A DNA stretch of 64,000 nucleotides from Mobula hypostoma (taxonomy: Eukaryota), in contig NC_086101.1 in NCBI RefSeq assembly GCF_963921235.1, positions 16,058,001 through 16,122,000 on the forward strand, in the 5' to 3' direction. Made by a program: the position numbers and the translations under genes. This document shows, piece by piece, positions 61,225 through 64,000 of this stretch (position 1 is the first letter of the stretch; each line of letters starts with the position of its first letter). Below the pieces are notes generated by a model that saw only the letters and a list, made by a program, of their open reading frames with translations, made no database searches and had not been told where the DNA came from.

Positions 61225-64000
61225 CAAGTCAGAGGCTTCAGCGGCAGCGGAAGGCAGGCGGAGCACCACCAAACGTGGTGAGTTCTTTCTCCTTGCGGGG
61301 GATTTTTCTTAAAAACCGTAGCCAGTGCGCAGGAGCAGGAAGTATCGGAGGCATCGGCAGTAGTGGAAGGCAGGCAGAGCACCACCAAACGTGATGAGTT
61401 CCTTCTCCTTGTGAAGGGATTTTTCTTATTTTTAAACCATAAAGGAGAGATCGGGTGCAGCAGAGAGGCCATCTTTGAAGTGGCCATTGTCAGAGTGGGA
61501 CAAGAAGAGGCTGAGGCCAAAGAAACAGGGAGGAAGGGTAGATTTTTTTCCTTTCCTTATTGCTGATTTGGTCCATATCTGCCCATAGTCCAGTGGAGGC
61601 AGGATGGCAGATATTGCAGTTGCTCTTGCAGGATGAGGGAGTTCATGGAACCTGATAGTCTCCCTGATGTCTACACCCGTGCAGCCAACTCCAGTTCATG
61701 AAAGACCAAATTAAAGAGCTGGAACTGGAGGTGGATGAACTAAGGATCATCCGGAGGGAGGCAAACTGATAGATAAGACTATTGAGTTACACCCAGAGTG
61801 CAGAATTCAGGGAGTGGATGGGTGAATACTGAAAAGATAAAGAGAAAGAAATCAGTGCAGGGTCCTCCTGTGGCCATTACCTCAGCAACAGGTATACCCT
61901 TTTGGATACTGCTGAGGGGGATGACCTACCTGGGCAAGGCAGCAGAAGCCAGACCAATAGGATTGTGGTCAGCTCTGAGCCTCAGAAGAGTAGGGTGAAG
62001 TCAGGCGAAGCAATAATCATCGGGGACTTGATAGTTAGGGTGACAGATAGGAGACTCTGTATCAGCAAAAGAGACACCAGGATGGTGTGTTGTTTTCCGG
62101 TTGCTAGGGTCCTGGATGTCTCTGAGTGGTTGCAGAATATTCTTAAAGGGGAAGGTTAGAAACCAGAGGGCTGGTTCCATTGTACTGGTACCAATGACAT
62201 AGGCGGGAGAGTGGTAGAGTTCCTGTGCAATAAGATTAAGAAGTTAGGAAGGGGGCTGAAGAGCAGGACTTCCAACGTCCTCTGGATTTCTCCCTGTGCC
62301 ACGAGCTGGGGAGGGCCAGGAAGACAGTGCAGAAGAATGAATGGCTGAGGATATGGTGCAGTGAGTAGAGTTTCAAGTTCTTAGATCATTGGAATCTTTC
62401 TGGGGAACCTGTACAAGTGGGATGGCCTGCATCTGAACTGGAGGGGAACCAATATCTTGGGAGGAAAGTTTGCATGTGCTGTTGGGGTGGGTTTAAACGG
62501 GATTTGCAGGGGGGTGGGAACCAAAGTGAAAAGGCAGCGGATGGGGCAGTTGGTCAATAAGTCAAGACAGCTTGCAGGGTGTTTCTGCGGAAGGACAGGC
62601 AGATGATAGAGCAAAGATGCACTCAGCCAGATGGTTTGAGATGTGCCTATTTTAATGGAAGGAATATCATAAATAAGGTGGATAAACTTCGGGAGTGAAT
62701 TAATACATGGAACTATGACATTGTGGGCATTACAGAGACTTGGCTATCTCAGTGGCAGGAATGGCTGCTGAGAGCGTCGGGCTTTAGATGATTCAAAATG
62801 AACAGGGACAGAGGCAAAAGAGGTGGGAATGCGACATTACTAATCAGAGATAGTGTCACGGCTGCAGTAAAGGAGGAAGTCTTGGAGGGATTCTCCACAC
62901 AGTCAGTGTGGGGGAAGTCAGAAACAGAAAGAGGGCAATAACTCTACTGGGTGCTTTAGTAGGCCCTTCCTCAGTAGTAACAGAGACATCGCGGAGCAGA
63001 CAGGGAGGCAGATTCTGTAATGGTGCAATAATAATAATGTTGCTGTGTGGGTGATTTTAACTTTCCTAACATTGACTGGCATCTCCTTAGAGCAAGGGGT
63101 TTGGATGGGGTAGAGTTTGTTTGGTGTGTTCAGGAAGGTTTCCTGATGCAATATGTAGATGCATCAACCAGAGGAGAGGCTATACTTCATCTGGTATTGG
63201 GAAATGTACCTGGTCAGGTGTCAGATCTCTCGGTAGGAGAGTATTTTGGAGGTAATGATCACAAATCTATCTCCTTTACCATAGCACTGGAGAGGGATAG
63301 GAGCACACAATTTGGGGAAACACTGAATTGAGATGGAAACACTGAATTGAGATAAGGGGAGATATGATTCTATTAGGCAGGAGCTTGGGAGCAGATGTTT
63401 TCAGGGAAGTGCATGGCAGGAATGTGGCAAATGTTCAGGGAAAATTTGCATGGCATTCTGCATAGCTATGTTCCATTGAGGCAGGGAAAGGATGGTGGGG
63501 TTAAAGAACCATGGTGTACAAAGGAAAATTAGATAAGAAAAGAAAGGTTTACAAAAGGTTCGAGAAACAGGGTACTGTTAAAGCTCTAGAAAATTACAAG
63601 GTTGCTAGGAAGGAGCTTAAGAATGAAATTAAGAGAGCTCGAAGGAGCCATGAGAAGGCCTTAGCGAGAAGGATTAAGGAAAACCCCAAGGCATTTTACA
63701 AGTATGTGAAGAGCAGGAGGATGAGCCATGTGGGAATAGGACCAATCAGGTGCGATAGTGGAAACCTAAGCATGGAGTCGGAGGCGGAAGCAGAGGTACT
63801 TAATGAAAACTTTGCTTCAGTATTCACCAGTGGAAGAACCTTGACAATCGTAGGGATGACTTACAGCAGACTGAACTGCTTGAGCATTTAGGCATTAAGG
63901 AAGAGGATGTGTTGGAGCTTCTGTAAAGTATTAAGTTAGATAAGTCGCCGAAACCAGACGAAATATACCCCAGGCTACTGTGGACAGTAAGGAAGGAGAT
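61225..64000 (+). mobile_element. Degenerate CR1 LINE retaining its 5' end (5' UTR, ORF1, start of ORF2), runs off the window
   Basis: GC-rich 5' UTR with a duplicated ~120-bp unit, esterase remnants (IIGDLIVRV..VCCFP), APE (MGDFNFPNIDW, GNDH) and ENPKAFYKYVK. Confidence 0.85.

Overview
Vertebrate genomic DNA, most likely from an elasmobranch (shark or ray). This is inferred from the repeat content: CR1/HER1-type LINEs with an SGNH-esterase ORF1, V-SINE/HE1-like SINEs, Penelope GIY-YIG remnants, Rex1/Babar fragments and Gmr1-type Gypsy elements. About 2-27.5 kb is a nested stack of retrotransposons. The only host gene I can support is a minus-strand, multi-exon NKp30/NCR3-like receptor from about 30.4 kb to at least 56.1 kb. 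I reconstructed it by hand from splice signals. It has one non-rearranging VJ-type Ig exon (55746-56075), a transmembrane exon with no charged residue (54715-54828), and a phase-consistent chain of 11 cytoplasmic exons: ten internal ones of 19-98 nt plus a terminal exon. The predicted tail is about 146-188 aa and carries a canonical ITIM (IQYAVI) plus LIYTPM and GYDEL motifs. In-frame skipping of three exons would delete the ITIM and join YTPM and YDEL into an ITAM-like motif. The leader exon was not found. All exon calls come from reading the sequence, with no transcript or database support.
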